A stretch of DNA of 64,000 nucleotides from a bacterium (GTDB lineage: Bacteria > Pseudomonadota > Gammaproteobacteria > GCA-002705445 > GCA-002716945). Positions within the stretch are counted from its first letter, which is position 1; the number at the start of each line of letters is the position of its first letter. The notes under the pieces were generated by a model. It saw only the letters and a list, made by a program, of their open reading frames with translations. It made no database searches and was not told where the DNA came from. The DNA lies in contig JAPOHH010000001.1 in the NCBI GenBank assembly GCA_029979505.1, forward strand, positions 55,034 to 119,033, written 5' to 3'. The position numbers and the translations under genes are program-made. This document shows, piece by piece, positions 18,847 to 28,940 of the stretch.

Positions 18847-21397
18847 AAAACTCTTTATAGATTATTTTAAAAATAAAGGACATATAGAGTATCCGTCTAG
18901 TCCTCTAATTCCAAATAATGATAAATCTTTATTATTTGTTAATTCAGGTATGGTTCAGTTTAAAGATATTTTTTTAGGCAACGTAAAACCAAAAGACAAA
19001 GCAATTGTATCTTGTCAGAAATGTATGAGAGCAGGTGGTAAACATAATGATTTAGATAATATTGGATTTACTACCAGACATCATTCTTTTTTTGAAATGC
19101 TAGGAAATTTTAGTTTTGGTGATTACTTTAAAGAGACTGCTATTGAGTATGCATGGGATTTCCTTACAAACCATCTTAATCTTGATAAAGAAAAACTCTA
19201 TGTGTCTGTTCACGAATCTGATGAAGAATCAAGGAAGATATGGATAGAAAAAATTAATATTCATCCTGAAAAAGTTCTTGTCTTAGGTGATGAAGACAAT
19301 TTTTGGCAAATGGGTGATACAGGACCTTGTGGACCCTGTTCTGAAATATACTATGATCTTGGTGACAAATACGATGGAGTACTTCCAACACATGGAGACC
19401 CTAAAGATCGATACATAGAAATATGGAATCTTGTATTTACACAATATAATAAAACCTCAGATGGTGAGCTTGAGGAGCTTCCTCAAAAGTGTGTTGACAC
19501 AGGAATGGGCTTAGAGAGAATACAAGCCATTGTAGAGGGTCTATCAGATAATTATGACTCCTCATTATTTTATGAATTAAATAAGTTTATTGATTCTAAA
19601 ATTAAACTTAATGGTAAATTAAAATATGTTAATAAAATATTATTGGATCACATACGCGCTTGCTGTCATCTTATAAATGATAACGTAATACCAGATAGGG
19701 AGGGTAGAGGTTATGTATTAAGAAGAATACTGAGAAGATCTTCTCGTTTCTTATATAAACATAATATTAAAGAGCCATTTTTATATGAATGTTCGGAAGT
19801 CGTCTGTAATATAAGTAATGATTTTCCTGATCTTAAAAAAAATATAAATAAGATTTCCGAAACTATCAAAACAGAAGAAATAAAATATCTCAAAACTCTA
19901 GGCAAAGGCATAGATATGATTGATGAACATTTAAAAAATAATAATAAACTTGATGCTGATATGATATTCACACTATATGATACCTATGGTTTTCCTTATG
20001 AAATTACAGAGGAGATAGCTTTAGAAAAGAAAATAACTCTCGATAAAGATGGTTATGAAAAATTAATGTTAGCTCAGAAAGAAAGAGCCAGAGGAAGTAA
20101 ATCATTTAAAGATAAGGTGGTTTTTAAATTAGATACTGATTATCAAACTAACTTCATTGGATATGATAAAAACAATGAAAAAGGGAAAGTTGTAGCAATT
20201 TATAATCATGATAATGAAGTTAAAATTGCTTCATCTATTGATGAAAAATACTCTATAATTTTGTCTGATACATGCCTTTACCCTGAAGGTGGTGGTCAAG
20301 TATCTGATATAGGATTTATATCATCAGCTAAATCTGTATTAAAGGTGTTAGACGTACAAAAAATTAATAATATTATTATTCATGAATGTCTTTTGATATC
20401 AGGTGAATTTCAATTAAATGATGATGTAATAACAAGTTATGATGAAGTTTATAGAAAGAAAGTTACATGTAATCATTCGTCGACACACCTTTTACATTAT
20501 TATCTTAGAAAATTTTTAGGATCCCATGTTCAACAAAGAGGATCATCAGTTTCAGAAACTGGATTCAGATTTGATTTTACTCACAACAACCCATTGACCC
20601 ACAATGAAATAAATAATATAGAACTATCAATTAATAATGAAATTAATCAATCATTTTCTACTAAATCTAGGATGCTAACTTACGATAAAGCTATTGAATC
20701 TGGAGCTCTCGCTTTTTTTGAAGAAAAATATGAGGATAATGTTAGAGTAATTAGTATTGGAAAAGATTCAGTTGAATTATGCGGTGGTACACATGTTAAA
20801 ACCACTTCTGAGATTGGTGCTTTTAAAATAGTGAATCAATCTAGTGTTGCAAATGGAATAAGACGAATTGAATGTGTAACTGGTCCATATGTAGTCAATT
20901 ATCTAAACCAAAATATTTCTATTCTAGATAAGGTATGCGAGGAGTTTCAAGCATCTCCTGATAATATTATTAATAAAATAAGTTCGTTTAAAAAAATTAA
21001 TAAAGAACTTAAGAAAAAAAATGCACTTTATTCAAAAGACTATTTAACTAATTTATTTTCAACATATAAAACTATACAAATAAAAGATAATCTCTCATTG
21101 TATATCGAAGAGCTTAATGATGTTGATGCTGATGAAGTAAAGCTGTTGTCAGATATAATCAAATCAAAAAATAATAAATGCATTTCTTTTTTGATTACCT
21201 CTTTAGAGAATGTCATTTATTGTTATATTTCTGTTTCTAAAAATATTCTTTCTAGATATAATGCGAAACGATTATCAAAAGATATCAATGATAAATTTTC
21301 AGGTAAAGGTGGAGGAAGTGAAACTTTTTCTACATGTATTCTCAATGATGTAAATATTGATAATCTTAAAGATTATTTAAAAAAAATAACACAATGA
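18824..21397 (+). CDS. alaS: Alanine--tRNA ligase
   Basis: Class II aaRS motifs (FTNSGM-like VNSGMVQF) and the editing-domain HxxxH motif (NHSSTHLLH), Cys at ELCGGTH. 857 aa. Confidence 0.95.
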   Translation: MNTKMNVKKLFIDYFKNKGHIEYPSSPLIPNNDKSLLFVNSGMVQFKDIFLGNVKPKDKAIVSCQKCMRAGGKHNDLDNIGFTTRHHSFFEMLGNFSFGDYFKETAIEYAWDFLTNHLNLDKEKLYVSVHESDEESRKIWIEKINIHPEKVLVLGDEDNFWQMGDTGPCGPCSEIYYDLGDKYDGVLPTHGDPKDRYIEIWNLVFTQYNKTSDGELEELPQKCVDTGMGLERIQAIVEGLSDNYDSSLFYELNKFIDSKIKLNGKLKYVNKILLDHIRACCHLINDNVIPDREGRGYVLRRILRRSSRFLYKHNIKEPFLYECSEVVCNISNDFPDLKKNINKISETIKTEEIKYLKTLGKGIDMIDEHLKNNNKLDADMIFTLYDTYGFPYEITEEIALEKKITLDKDGYEKLMLAQKERARGSKSFKDKVVFKLDTDYQTNFIGYDKNNEKGKVVAIYNHDNEVKIASSIDEKYSIILSDTCLYPEGGGQVSDIGFISSAKSVLKVLDVQKINNIIIHECLLISGEFQLNDDVITSYDEVYRKKVTCNHSSTHLLHYYLRKFLGSHVQQRGSSVSETGFRFDFTHNNPLTHNEINNIELSINNEINQSFSTKSRMLTYDKAIESGALAFFEEKYEDNVRVISIGKDSVELCGGTHVKTTSEIGAFKIVNQSSVANGIRRIECVTGPYVVNYLNQNISILDKVCEEFQASPDNIINKISSFKKINKELKKKNALYSKDYLTNLFSTYKTIQIKDNLSLYIEELNDVDADEVKLLSDIIKSKNNKCISFLITSLENVIYCYISVSKNILSRYNAKRLSKDINDKFSGKGGGSETFSTCILNDVNIDNLKDYLKKITQ

Positions 21398-22605
21398 AAC
21401 TAATTGTAAAAAAATTTGGAGGCACATCGGTTGCAACTCCTGCAAAAATAAAAAGAATTGCAAAAAAAATAGCATCAGAATCCGCAACACAAAAAATTAT
21501 TGTTGTTTTATCTGCAATGGGAAAAACAACTGATCATTTAGTTTCTCTTGCTAAAAAATGTTCAAGAAGTCCTGATTCAAGGGATTATGATTTATTAGTT
21601 TCGTCTGGTGAGCAAGTAAGTATATCTTTATTATCTATGGCCTTGAAGGATTTAGGTGTTGATTCAGTTGCATATACAGGATGGCAGGCTGGAATTAAAA
21701 CAGATAATTCACATACCTCAGCTAGAATAATGAGTATAAATGCAAATAAAATAAAAAAAGATTTAAGGAAAAAAAAGGTTGTTATTGTTGCAGGCTTTCA
21801 AGGTATCAATAATGGAGCAATTACCACACTAGGTAGAGGAGGTTCCGATACCTCTGCTGTTGCAATTGCTGCAGCTCTAAAAGCTGCTGAATGCCAAATA
21901 TTTACTGATGTAGATGGTGTATACACAACTGATCCAAGAGTGTGTGATACAGCAAGGAAAATTGATGTTGTTACCTATGAGGAAATGCTTGAAATGTCAG
22001 GTCTAGGATCAAAAGTGTTACAATTAAGATCAGTAGAGTTTGCAAGTAAATATAATGTCCCTGTTAGAGTTATGCATGCGCATAAAGAAGGAATAGGTAC
22101 TTTGATTAAAAAGGAGGATAAAAACGTGGAAGACGCATTAATATCGGGTCTAGCATTCACTAAAGATGAGTCAGAAATCATGATTAGAGGAGTTAAAGAT
22201 TCTCCTGGTATAGCTGCTTCTATACTTGGTCCAATTGGTGAAGCTGATATAGAAGTTGATATGATAGTTCAAAACGTTGGCTCAAATGGTCTAGCAGATT
22301 TTACATTTACAGTCAGTAGAAAAGACTTCAATAAAGCTATACAAGTTATTGAAAAAAATAAGAAAAAAATGAATTATGAAGAAGTATCTGCTACTAAAAA
22401 TATAGTTAAAGTTTCTTTAGTTGGCGTGGGCATGAGATCGCATGCAGGTATTGCAGGACAAATGTTTACATGTTTGGCCAAGAAAAAAATTAATATTAGG
22501 ATGATTTCAACATCTGAAATTAAAATTTCTGTTGTTATTGACCAAAAAAACCTAGAAAACGCTGTAAAGGCGTTACATAATGAATTTAAGCTAGAAAGGA
22601 AATAA
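21394..22605 (+). CDS. lysC: Aspartate kinase
   Basis: KFGGTSV start motif; ACT domains at the C-terminus. Confidence 0.9.
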   Translation: MKLIVKKFGGTSVATPAKIKRIAKKIASESATQKIIVVLSAMGKTTDHLVSLAKKCSRSPDSRDYDLLVSSGEQVSISLLSMALKDLGVDSVAYTGWQAGIKTDNSHTSARIMSINANKIKKDLRKKKVVIVAGFQGINNGAITTLGRGGSDTSAVAIAAALKAAECQIFTDVDGVYTTDPRVCDTARKIDVVTYEEMLEMSGLGSKVLQLRSVEFASKYNVPVRVMHAHKEGIGTLIKKEDKNVEDALISGLAFTKDESEIMIRGVKDSPGIAASILGPIGEADIEVDMIVQNVGSNGLADFTFTVSRKDFNKAIQVIEKNKKKMNYEEVSATKNIVKVSLVGVGMRSHAGIAGQMFTCLAKKKINIRMISTSEIKISVVIDQKNLENAVKALHNEFKLERK

Positions 22606-22630
22606 TCTGGCTACATAAGGAGGGGGTACC

Positions 22631-22816
22631 ATGCTTATCTTAACTAGGCGTGTAGGAGAGGCTTTAATGGTCGGAGATGATACTAAGATTGTTGTTTTAG
22701 GGGTAAAAGGCAGTCAAATTAGATTAGGTATCAATGCTCCAAAAGATGTTAAAGTTCATAGAGAAGAAATTTACGAAAAAATTAACGAAGATTCTTCTGA
22801 AACTGCTACAAAGTAA
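22631..22816 (+). CDS. csrA: Carbon storage regulator CsrA
   Basis: [12 protein letters not shown]...[13 protein letters not shown]; strong SD AAGGAGGGGG. Confidence 0.92.
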   Translation: MLILTRRVGEALMVGDDTKIVVLGVKGSQIRLGINAPKDVKVHREEIYEKINEDSSETATK

Positions 22817-22831
22817 TCAAGGAAAATACAT

Positions 22832-22919
22832 GGAGAAGTGGCTGAGTGGCTGAAAGCGGCACCCTGCTAAGGTGTTATAGGGTTTTTCCCTATCGAGGGT
22901 TCGAATCCCTCCTTCTCCA
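22832..22919 (+). tRNA. tRNA-Ser (anticodon GCT), long variable arm
   Basis: Acceptor stem GGAGAAG/CTTCTCC, anticodon loop CTGCTAA, T-loop GGTTCGAATCC, long variable arm. CCA is not encoded. Confidence 0.85.
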
Positions 22920-22932
22920 TGTAGTTCATGAT

Positions 22933-22978
22933 ATAGTAGATTTTAAAAGGGAGATATAGTAGATTTTAAAAGGGAGAT
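22933..22978 (+). repeat. Perfect tandem duplication of a 23-bp unit (ATAGTAGATTTTAAAAGGGAGAT x2); second copy supplies the SD of the downstream gene
   Basis: Read directly: 22933-22955 is identical to 22956-22978. Confidence 0.9.
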
Positions 22979-22984
22979 AAGATT

Positions 22985-23884
22985 ATGAAGCAAATATTGA
23001 TAAAATATCTTAGTTTATTGTTTTTTATAGGATTTATTGTAAATACATCATACGCTGGAGGCAAAGAGAGCAAATCATCTAACTTAATGATGGCTTCAGA
23101 TTATTATGGATCATATTCAATATCATTGGGCCAGCTTGATTGGAACAAGAATAGTAATACAGCAGACACTGAACCTATGCTCTACCAACCTATTTCGGTA
23201 GACGGCTGGTTGGGGAAAAAACTTAGTCAATATACAGAAGGGGTATTAAGCTTTAAATATACTTATTATGGACGCTCTGGCAACACAGAGCAGGCAGAAG
23301 ACGATGCTCTAAGACAGGCTTTAAATGCCAATCTTTTACATCTTAGACATTACAATAGCTCTACAAGTTTTATTAACCTTGGGTATGTTTTTTCCGAAGA
23401 GAATGAAAACAACAGCTCTAATGGTAATATGAATAGTTATATAGCAAGTGGGGGTCTAGCAACTGAATCTATGATTTTTGAATTAGGCATTGCTTCTACA
23501 GCTACAGAAACTCTTAGCTTGTATGCTGATGAGATAGTTTATTACAATTTTAGTTTTAAATTACCAATAACAAACAGAATCAATTTAGTAGCTTCAAAGC
23601 ATTATTCAGAATATGAAAGAAAACTTCAAAACCTAACTTACGACGGTGAGGAAATGGATATATCAGGTCTAAAAGTTACTTATGACTTGAATAACTCATT
23701 TATTACTCTAGGTGGTGACAGATATACTGTTAAAAATGACTCAAGCCCTGAGAACACCGGCGGCAGCGTCTATTTTTCATGGACAGTACCTTTTGGTAAA
23801 TTGCCAAATAGTAGAACAAGCTTCATATTAGATAACCGACCAGCGGTAGACAGGGTAATAGGATTTGGTTCAGCGCTTAATTAA
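22985..23884 (+). CDS. Hypothetical exported protein (signal peptide, Ser/Asn/Tyr-rich, possible outer-membrane protein)
   Basis: N-terminal signal peptide MKQILIKYLSLLFFIGFIVNTSYA. No recognisable family motifs. Confidence 0.5.
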   Translation: MKQILIKYLSLLFFIGFIVNTSYAGGKESKSSNLMMASDYYGSYSISLGQLDWNKNSNTADTEPMLYQPISVDGWLGKKLSQYTEGVLSFKYTYYGRSGNTEQAEDDALRQALNANLLHLRHYNSSTSFINLGYVFSEENENNSSNGNMNSYIASGGLATESMIFELGIASTATETLSLYADEIVYYNFSFKLPITNRINLVASKHYSEYERKLQNLTYDGEEMDISGLKVTYDLNNSFITLGGDRYTVKNDSSPENTGGSVYFSWTVPFGKLPNSRTSFILDNRPAVDRVIGFGSALN

Positions 23885-25287
23885 GAAGTAGATTTTGAAA
23901 GTTTCTTAAAAGCGCTTAATGCTCTTTCTCTAGTAATAGATAAATCTACAATTGGATACGGATAATCACTACCAAGCTTAACTCCATATTCTATTAAACT
24001 TTTATCATCAAGTTCACTAGGTAAATGTATGTATTTATTAGGTATATTTTTTAATTCTGGAACATATTTTCTAATATAATCTCCATCTGGATCAAATTTT
24101 TTACTTTGTGTTACAGGATTAAATATCCTGAAGTAGGGGGCAGCATCTGCTCCAGTACCTGCCACCCATTGCCAACTTGCAGAATTACTTGCGATATCTG
24201 CATCAACAAGCGTGTCCCAGAACCATTCCTGACCATATTTCCAATGTATCAATAGGTTTTTTACAAGAAAAGACCCAACTATCATCCTTACTCTATTATG
24301 CATATAACCTGTTTCATATAGCTGCCTCATGCCTGCATCAATTATTGGGTATCCAGTCATACCTTTTTGCCAGCTTTTTAGATGATCCTGATTATCTAAC
24401 CATTTAAAATTATCAAATTTTTTTTGAAGGTTTGTATCCACCAAATGAGGGAAGTGGTAGAGTAAATGGTAAGAGAATTCTCTCCAAACAAGTTCTTTAT
24501 AAAAAACTTCCGCATCTTCTGTTTTTATTTTTTCAACAGATTTAGCAATTTCTCTAATTGATATTTCACCAAATCGTATATGTGCGGATAACATTGATGT
24601 ATGCTGCTTATCAGGCCTGTTTCTTCCTTCTGAGTATCCATTCAGCCCATCTGACAGAAAAACTTTTAATTTTTTCTGAGCGCCAGCTTCCCCTGGAGTC
24701 CATTCACTAAGCAGTTTTTGATGCCATTTTTCTGTCTTTATAGTTGAATCCAAAATTTTTGAGATTTGTTCGTTATACTTACAATCAATAAAATCAATTT
24801 CTTCAGTATTATAGTTAAATAATTCATACGTCATGTCCTGATATTGTTGTTTATAAAATGGGGTATAAACTTTAAATGGAGTAGCATCTTTTTTAAGTGT
24901 ATTCTGTGGATTTTTTAGTAAGCATGAATGAAATGTTATGCAATTAACATCATGATTTTTAACAATATTTTTAATATCATTATCTTGATTTATATCATCT
25001 TTTAAATAACGTGCATTCCAAAGAATTTCTTTGATTCCATGATTGTTCACTAAATCTAACAATACCTTGTTAGGTTCGCCCTCAAATAATGCCAGGCTAC
25101 CTTTTAACGATTTATCCAATGATATTAAGCTTTGTTTAAGCCACCATTTGCTTGCAGAGCCTAATGAAGTAAAGGGGTCATAGATATAAATAGGAAGGAC
25201 TTTGCGTTTATTTTCTATACAGTAATTTATGACTGCATTATCAGATACCCTAAGATCATTTCTAAACCAAATGATACTCTTTACCAT
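23881..25287 (-). CDS. phrB: Deoxyribodipyrimidine photolyase (class I CPD photolyase)
   Basis: FAD-binding region WQWVAGTGADAAPYFRIFNP and the N-terminal photolyase domain. Confidence 0.9.
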   Translation of the reverse strand: MVKSIIWFRNDLRVSDNAVINYCIENKRKVLPIYIYDPFTSLGSASKWWLKQSLISLDKSLKGSLALFEGEPNKVLLDLVNNHGIKEILWNARYLKDDINQDNDIKNIVKNHDVNCITFHSCLLKNPQNTLKKDATPFKVYTPFYKQQYQDMTYELFNYNTEEIDFIDCKYNEQISKILDSTIKTEKWHQKLLSEWTPGEAGAQKKLKVFLSDGLNGYSEGRNRPDKQHTSMLSAHIRFGEISIREIAKSVEKIKTEDAEVFYKELVWREFSYHLLYHFPHLVDTNLQKKFDNFKWLDNQDHLKSWQKGMTGYPIIDAGMRQLYETGYMHNRVRMIVGSFLVKNLLIHWKYGQEWFWDTLVDADIASNSASWQWVAGTGADAAPYFRIFNPVTQSKKFDPDGDYIRKYVPELKNIPNKYIHLPSELDDKSLIEYGVKLGSDYPYPIVDLSITRERALSAFKKLSKSTS

Positions 25288-25391
25288 ACATATTCTCCTT
25301 AATTAAAGACTCGTAAATCATTTACTAAAATAAAGATTATCAAAGCTATTAAGGATTATCATCTATTTTATTGTTAGGTGTATAATAAGGC

Positions 25392-26324
25392 ATGACTATA
25401 AATCTAGAATATTTAGCGCTAATTGTCCTCATATCTATAAACCTTTATTTATTGTTTAAACTTACTAAAAACACAAAAGAAAACAATAATTTAAATAATA
25501 ATTATGATAAATCACTTGAGAATTTAAAAGACTCTATTTTACAACTTGAGCAGACAACATGTAAAAGCTCAGACAACATGAATGAGATGTATACTTTGCT
25601 CACAAAAGGAGGCTCGGTAGCTGGTAAATTTGGTGAAATTAATTTAAAAGTTATCCTTGAAAGCGCTGGATTTAAAAAGGGTGTGAACTATGATGAGCAG
25701 AAAGGTATAGGCGGATCTATACCTGATGTAATTGTGAAATTGCCTGATGGCAAGAAAGTAGTAATTGATTCTAAAGTATCCTTATCTGATTATAGCGAGT
25801 ATTTGAAGGCAAATGATCAATTAAACAAAGATAACTTCTTCAAAAAGCATCAAAACTCTGTTAAAAATCATTTAAAGTCATTAAGTTCGTCTAATTATAG
25901 GACTTTATTTAATGATGAATCTCTTGACCTCATTGTAATGTTCATGCCAATTGAAGGTGCATATATTCTTGCATGTGACGAAGATATGATTAAAAAAGCA
26001 GCTAATGAAAAAATTGCTATTGTTGGACCCACAACTTTAATTGCTATTTTGCAGATAATTTCAAGAGTATGGAGCAGTAAAAAACAATCTGAAGCAACTA
26101 ATCTCATCATTTCAGCTGCCACCGAAATCTACGATAAAACAAGATTAGTTGGAGATGCATTTGAAGATCTTGAGAAGTCATTGGAGTTAGCAAATAAGTC
26201 GATTGATTCAGGCAAAAAGAGAACGCAAAATCTTGTTAACAAAGTTGAGAAAATGCGTACAATAGGTGGCTTAGAACCAACTAAGAATATTTCTGATAAA
26301 CTCAGAGTTATTGATAAGGATTAA
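25392..26324 (+). CDS. rmuC: DNA recombination protein RmuC family
   Basis: RmuC-like region PDVIVKLPDGKKVVIDSKVSL...EGAY; short N-terminal coiled-coil region compared with E. coli RmuC. Confidence 0.7.
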   Translation: MTINLEYLALIVLISINLYLLFKLTKNTKENNNLNNNYDKSLENLKDSILQLEQTTCKSSDNMNEMYTLLTKGGSVAGKFGEINLKVILESAGFKKGVNYDEQKGIGGSIPDVIVKLPDGKKVVIDSKVSLSDYSEYLKANDQLNKDNFFKKHQNSVKNHLKSLSSSNYRTLFNDESLDLIVMFMPIEGAYILACDEDMIKKAANEKIAIVGPTTLIAILQIISRVWSSKKQSEATNLIISAATEIYDKTRLVGDAFEDLEKSLELANKSIDSGKKRTQNLVNKVEKMRTIGGLEPTKNISDKLRVIDKD

Positions 26325-26325
26325 T

Positions 26326-26399
26326 GCGCTGATAGCTCAGTTGGATAGAGCACGAGCCTTCTAAGCTTGGGGTCGGGGGTTCGAATCCTCCTCAGCGCG
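26326..26399 (+). tRNA. tRNA-Arg (anticodon TCT)
   Basis: Acceptor GCGCTGA/TCAGCGC, D-arm GCTCAGTTGGATAGAGC, anticodon loop CTTCTAA, T-loop GGTTCGAATCC. Confidence 0.85.
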
Positions 26400-26459
26400 A
26401 TAGTTTTACAAAATAAAATATGACATCGTTACAGTATATTAAGACATTGGAGGTCTAAA

Positions 26460-26858
26460 ATGAGTATAAGTCCAATTCTAGTTATTATTTCCGTATGGAG
26501 TGGAATAATAATTTTTTTCTCAGCAGTTGTTGCTCCTACAGTTTTTAAATCTTTGGGTGAGAGAGAAGCAGGAGTTTTTCTAAGAGCATTCTTTCCCAAA
26601 TATTATAACTTCGGTATTTTCCTTGGAATAATAGGCTTAATTTATATATATTTCATGAGTGAAAAAGATTCATTGCTATTAATTATGATAGCGATTATGA
26701 CAATACTCACAATCTCAGGAAAACTGATGATTCCCATAATCAATAATGCGAGAGATTCATCAAATGAAAAGTCGTTTAAAACATATCATTTAATCAGTGT
26801 ATTAATGAATGTTGTAACACTTATCATTGGAGTAATCCTCATAGGAATATATATATAA
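26460..26858 (+). CDS. Small integral membrane protein (DUF4149-like, 4 TM)
   Basis: Hydrophobic 132-aa ORF; family assignment is from memory only. Confidence 0.45.
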   Translation: MSISPILVIISVWSGIIIFFSAVVAPTVFKSLGEREAGVFLRAFFPKYYNFGIFLGIIGLIYIYFMSEKDSLLLIMIAIMTILTISGKLMIPIINNARDSSNEKSFKTYHLISVLMNVVTLIIGVILIGIYI

Positions 26859-27712
26859 TGTCATATAAAACAATTATTTCAGAGAAAGACCTAAAAAATA
26901 ATATTACTAACAAAGATTTTATTATTTTTGATACTCGTTGTGACATCAAAGATAGAGGCTACGGCATTGACTCATATACTGAGGGACATATAGAGAACTC
27001 GATCTTTGTGGATGTAGATACTGATTTGGCAAGTGAAAAGCAACAAGGTACCGGTCGTCATCCTTTGCCTGATGTAGAAACATTCTGTGAAAAGCTATCA
27101 CATTGGGGAATGGATAATAACAAGCAAGTTGTTGTTTATGACGATGCAGGTGGTGCGTTTGCTGGAAGATTATGGTGGATGATGAAATGGTTAGGCCACG
27201 ATAATGTTGCTGTCTTAGATGGAGGACTAAACTCATGGGTTAAAAATGGCAATAAATTGATTACTTCACCAACAATCTTTGAAAAATCATATTTTGAACC
27301 CAAGGTGAATAATCAGTTAATTGCATCTTTAAAAGATGTAGAGGAAGCTCAATATGCAATGAATACCATCCTTATAGATGCTCGCTCAAAAGAGCGATAT
27401 GAGGGAATAAGCGATCCTGTTGATCCAATTGCTGGTCATGTTCCTGGTGCAATATCGCATCCATTAGGCACTAACTTGGATAGAAAAGGAAACTTCAAAA
27501 CAAAACAGGAGTTGAAGCATAATTTTGACAAGATTTCTAATGAGTTAAAACAAAAACATATTATATCAATGTGCGGATCAGGTATAACTGCATGCCATAA
27601 CATTCTAGCTCTTGAGTTGATAGGTGTAAAAAACGTTAAATTATATGTCGGTTCTTGGAGTGAATGGATTACTGATCCCGAAAGAAGCGTTGTAACAATT
27701 AAACCTAGCTAA
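26858..27712 (+). CDS. sseA: 3-mercaptopyruvate/thiosulfate sulfurtransferase (tandem rhodanese domains)
   Basis: Two rhodanese domains; catalytic Cys in ISMCGSGITAC. Confidence 0.8.
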   Translation: MSYKTIISEKDLKNNITNKDFIIFDTRCDIKDRGYGIDSYTEGHIENSIFVDVDTDLASEKQQGTGRHPLPDVETFCEKLSHWGMDNNKQVVVYDDAGGAFAGRLWWMMKWLGHDNVAVLDGGLNSWVKNGNKLITSPTIFEKSYFEPKVNNQLIASLKDVEEAQYAMNTILIDARSKERYEGISDPVDPIAGHVPGAISHPLGTNLDRKGNFKTKQELKHNFDKISNELKQKHIISMCGSGITACHNILALELIGVKNVKLYVGSWSEWITDPERSVVTIKPS

Positions 27713-28931
27713 CCTTTTTGTATTTTTTTGAAATATATTCCTCTATTAACCTTATAAAGTCATCTCTAATTCGATCACCTTTTAATGTAGTTACCTTCTT
27801 CCCGTCTATGAAAACAGGTGCGCTTGGCGATTCATTCGTTCCAGGTAAACTTATGCCTATATTTGCATGTCTTGATTCTCCGGGTCCATTTACTATACAG
27901 CCCATGACAGCAATGTTAATATTTTCCACACCAATATATTTAGTTTTCCACTCTATCATATTGTTATCTATATGATTATTTATGTCTTTTGTAAGTTCAA
28001 TAAAGTAGTTACTTGAAGTCCTACCGCATCCTGGGCATGAAATGACTTTAGGCTTGAATTGTTTTAAATTTAAGCTAGATAGAATATCTTTACAAACTTC
28101 TACTTCTTTTGTTCGAACACCCATTTTATCCGGTGTTAAAGATACCCTGATCGTATCGCCTATACCCTTATTTAGCAATATAGATAATGCAGCTACGGAA
28201 GAAACTACAGCGTTATCTCCCATTCCCGCTTCAGTTAGTCCTAAGTGAAGAGGGTATTTACATTTTGTGGCTATATCGCTGTATACATCAACTAACTGAG
28301 ATACAGATGAAACCTTGCAAGATAATATAATTTTATCGGAACGCAATCCTAACTTTTCAGCATACTTTGCAGATTTTAGGACAGATTGTATTAAGCCTTC
28401 TTTAATTAAACTCTCATAATTATCACTTTTTTTACCATTGATAATGGTATCCTCAAGATACTGTTTACTCAAACTACCCCAGTTACCACCTATACGAATT
28501 GGTTTGTCGTTCTTTATTGCAATTTCTATAATCTCTGCAAAGTTATCATTAAATTTATTTGAACTACCAACATTACCAGGGTTTAGACGATACTTGTCTA
28601 GTATTGCAGCAGTCTCAGGATAAGACGACAATAACGTGTGAGCGTTATAATGAAAGTCTCCAATAATAGGTAAAATATAATTAGATTTATATAATATATC
28701 TTTGATTTTTATGATATTTTCAGCACTTTTTTCGTTATTTACTGTTACACGAACCAATTCTGAGCCAGAATCATACAATGCCTTTATCTGATTAGCCGTA
28801 GCTGTAATATCCTCAGTCGGCGTATTAGTCATGGATTGGATTCTTATTGGTTCTGTTGAACCTATAATTACACCTCCCACGTTAACGTTATATGTATCTC
28901 GTCTTTGTTTCATTGATGTTATTATAGTCAA
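27705..28931 (-). CDS. ispG: 4-hydroxy-3-methylbut-2-enyl diphosphate synthase
   Basis: Conserved IspG core and Fe-S cysteine motif ISCPGCGRT. Confidence 0.95.
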   Translation of the reverse strand: MTIITSMKQRRDTYNVNVGGVIIGSTEPIRIQSMTNTPTEDITATANQIKALYDSGSELVRVTVNNEKSAENIIKIKDILYKSNYILPIIGDFHYNAHTLLSSYPETAAILDKYRLNPGNVGSSNKFNDNFAEIIEIAIKNDKPIRIGGNWGSLSKQYLEDTIINGKKSDNYESLIKEGLIQSVLKSAKYAEKLGLRSDKIILSCKVSSVSQLVDVYSDIATKCKYPLHLGLTEAGMGDNAVVSSVAALSILLNKGIGDTIRVSLTPDKMGVRTKEVEVCKDILSSLNLKQFKPKVISCPGCGRTSSNYFIELTKDINNHIDNNMIEWKTKYIGVENINIAVMGCIVNGPGESRHANIGISLPGTNESPSAPVFIDGKKVTTLKGDRIRDDFIRLIEEYISKKYKKVS

Positions 28932-28940
28932 TAGTAGTTC

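Noticed and set aside
18824-21397. alaS looked slightly short (857 aa) and was checked for truncation or fusion
   Set aside because: All catalytic, editing (HxxxH/CxxxH) and C-terminal regions are present. The length is within normal range.
21394-21420. Lysine riboswitch (L-box) expected upstream of lysC
   Set aside because: lysC overlaps the alaS stop by 4 nt, so there is no leader. None present.
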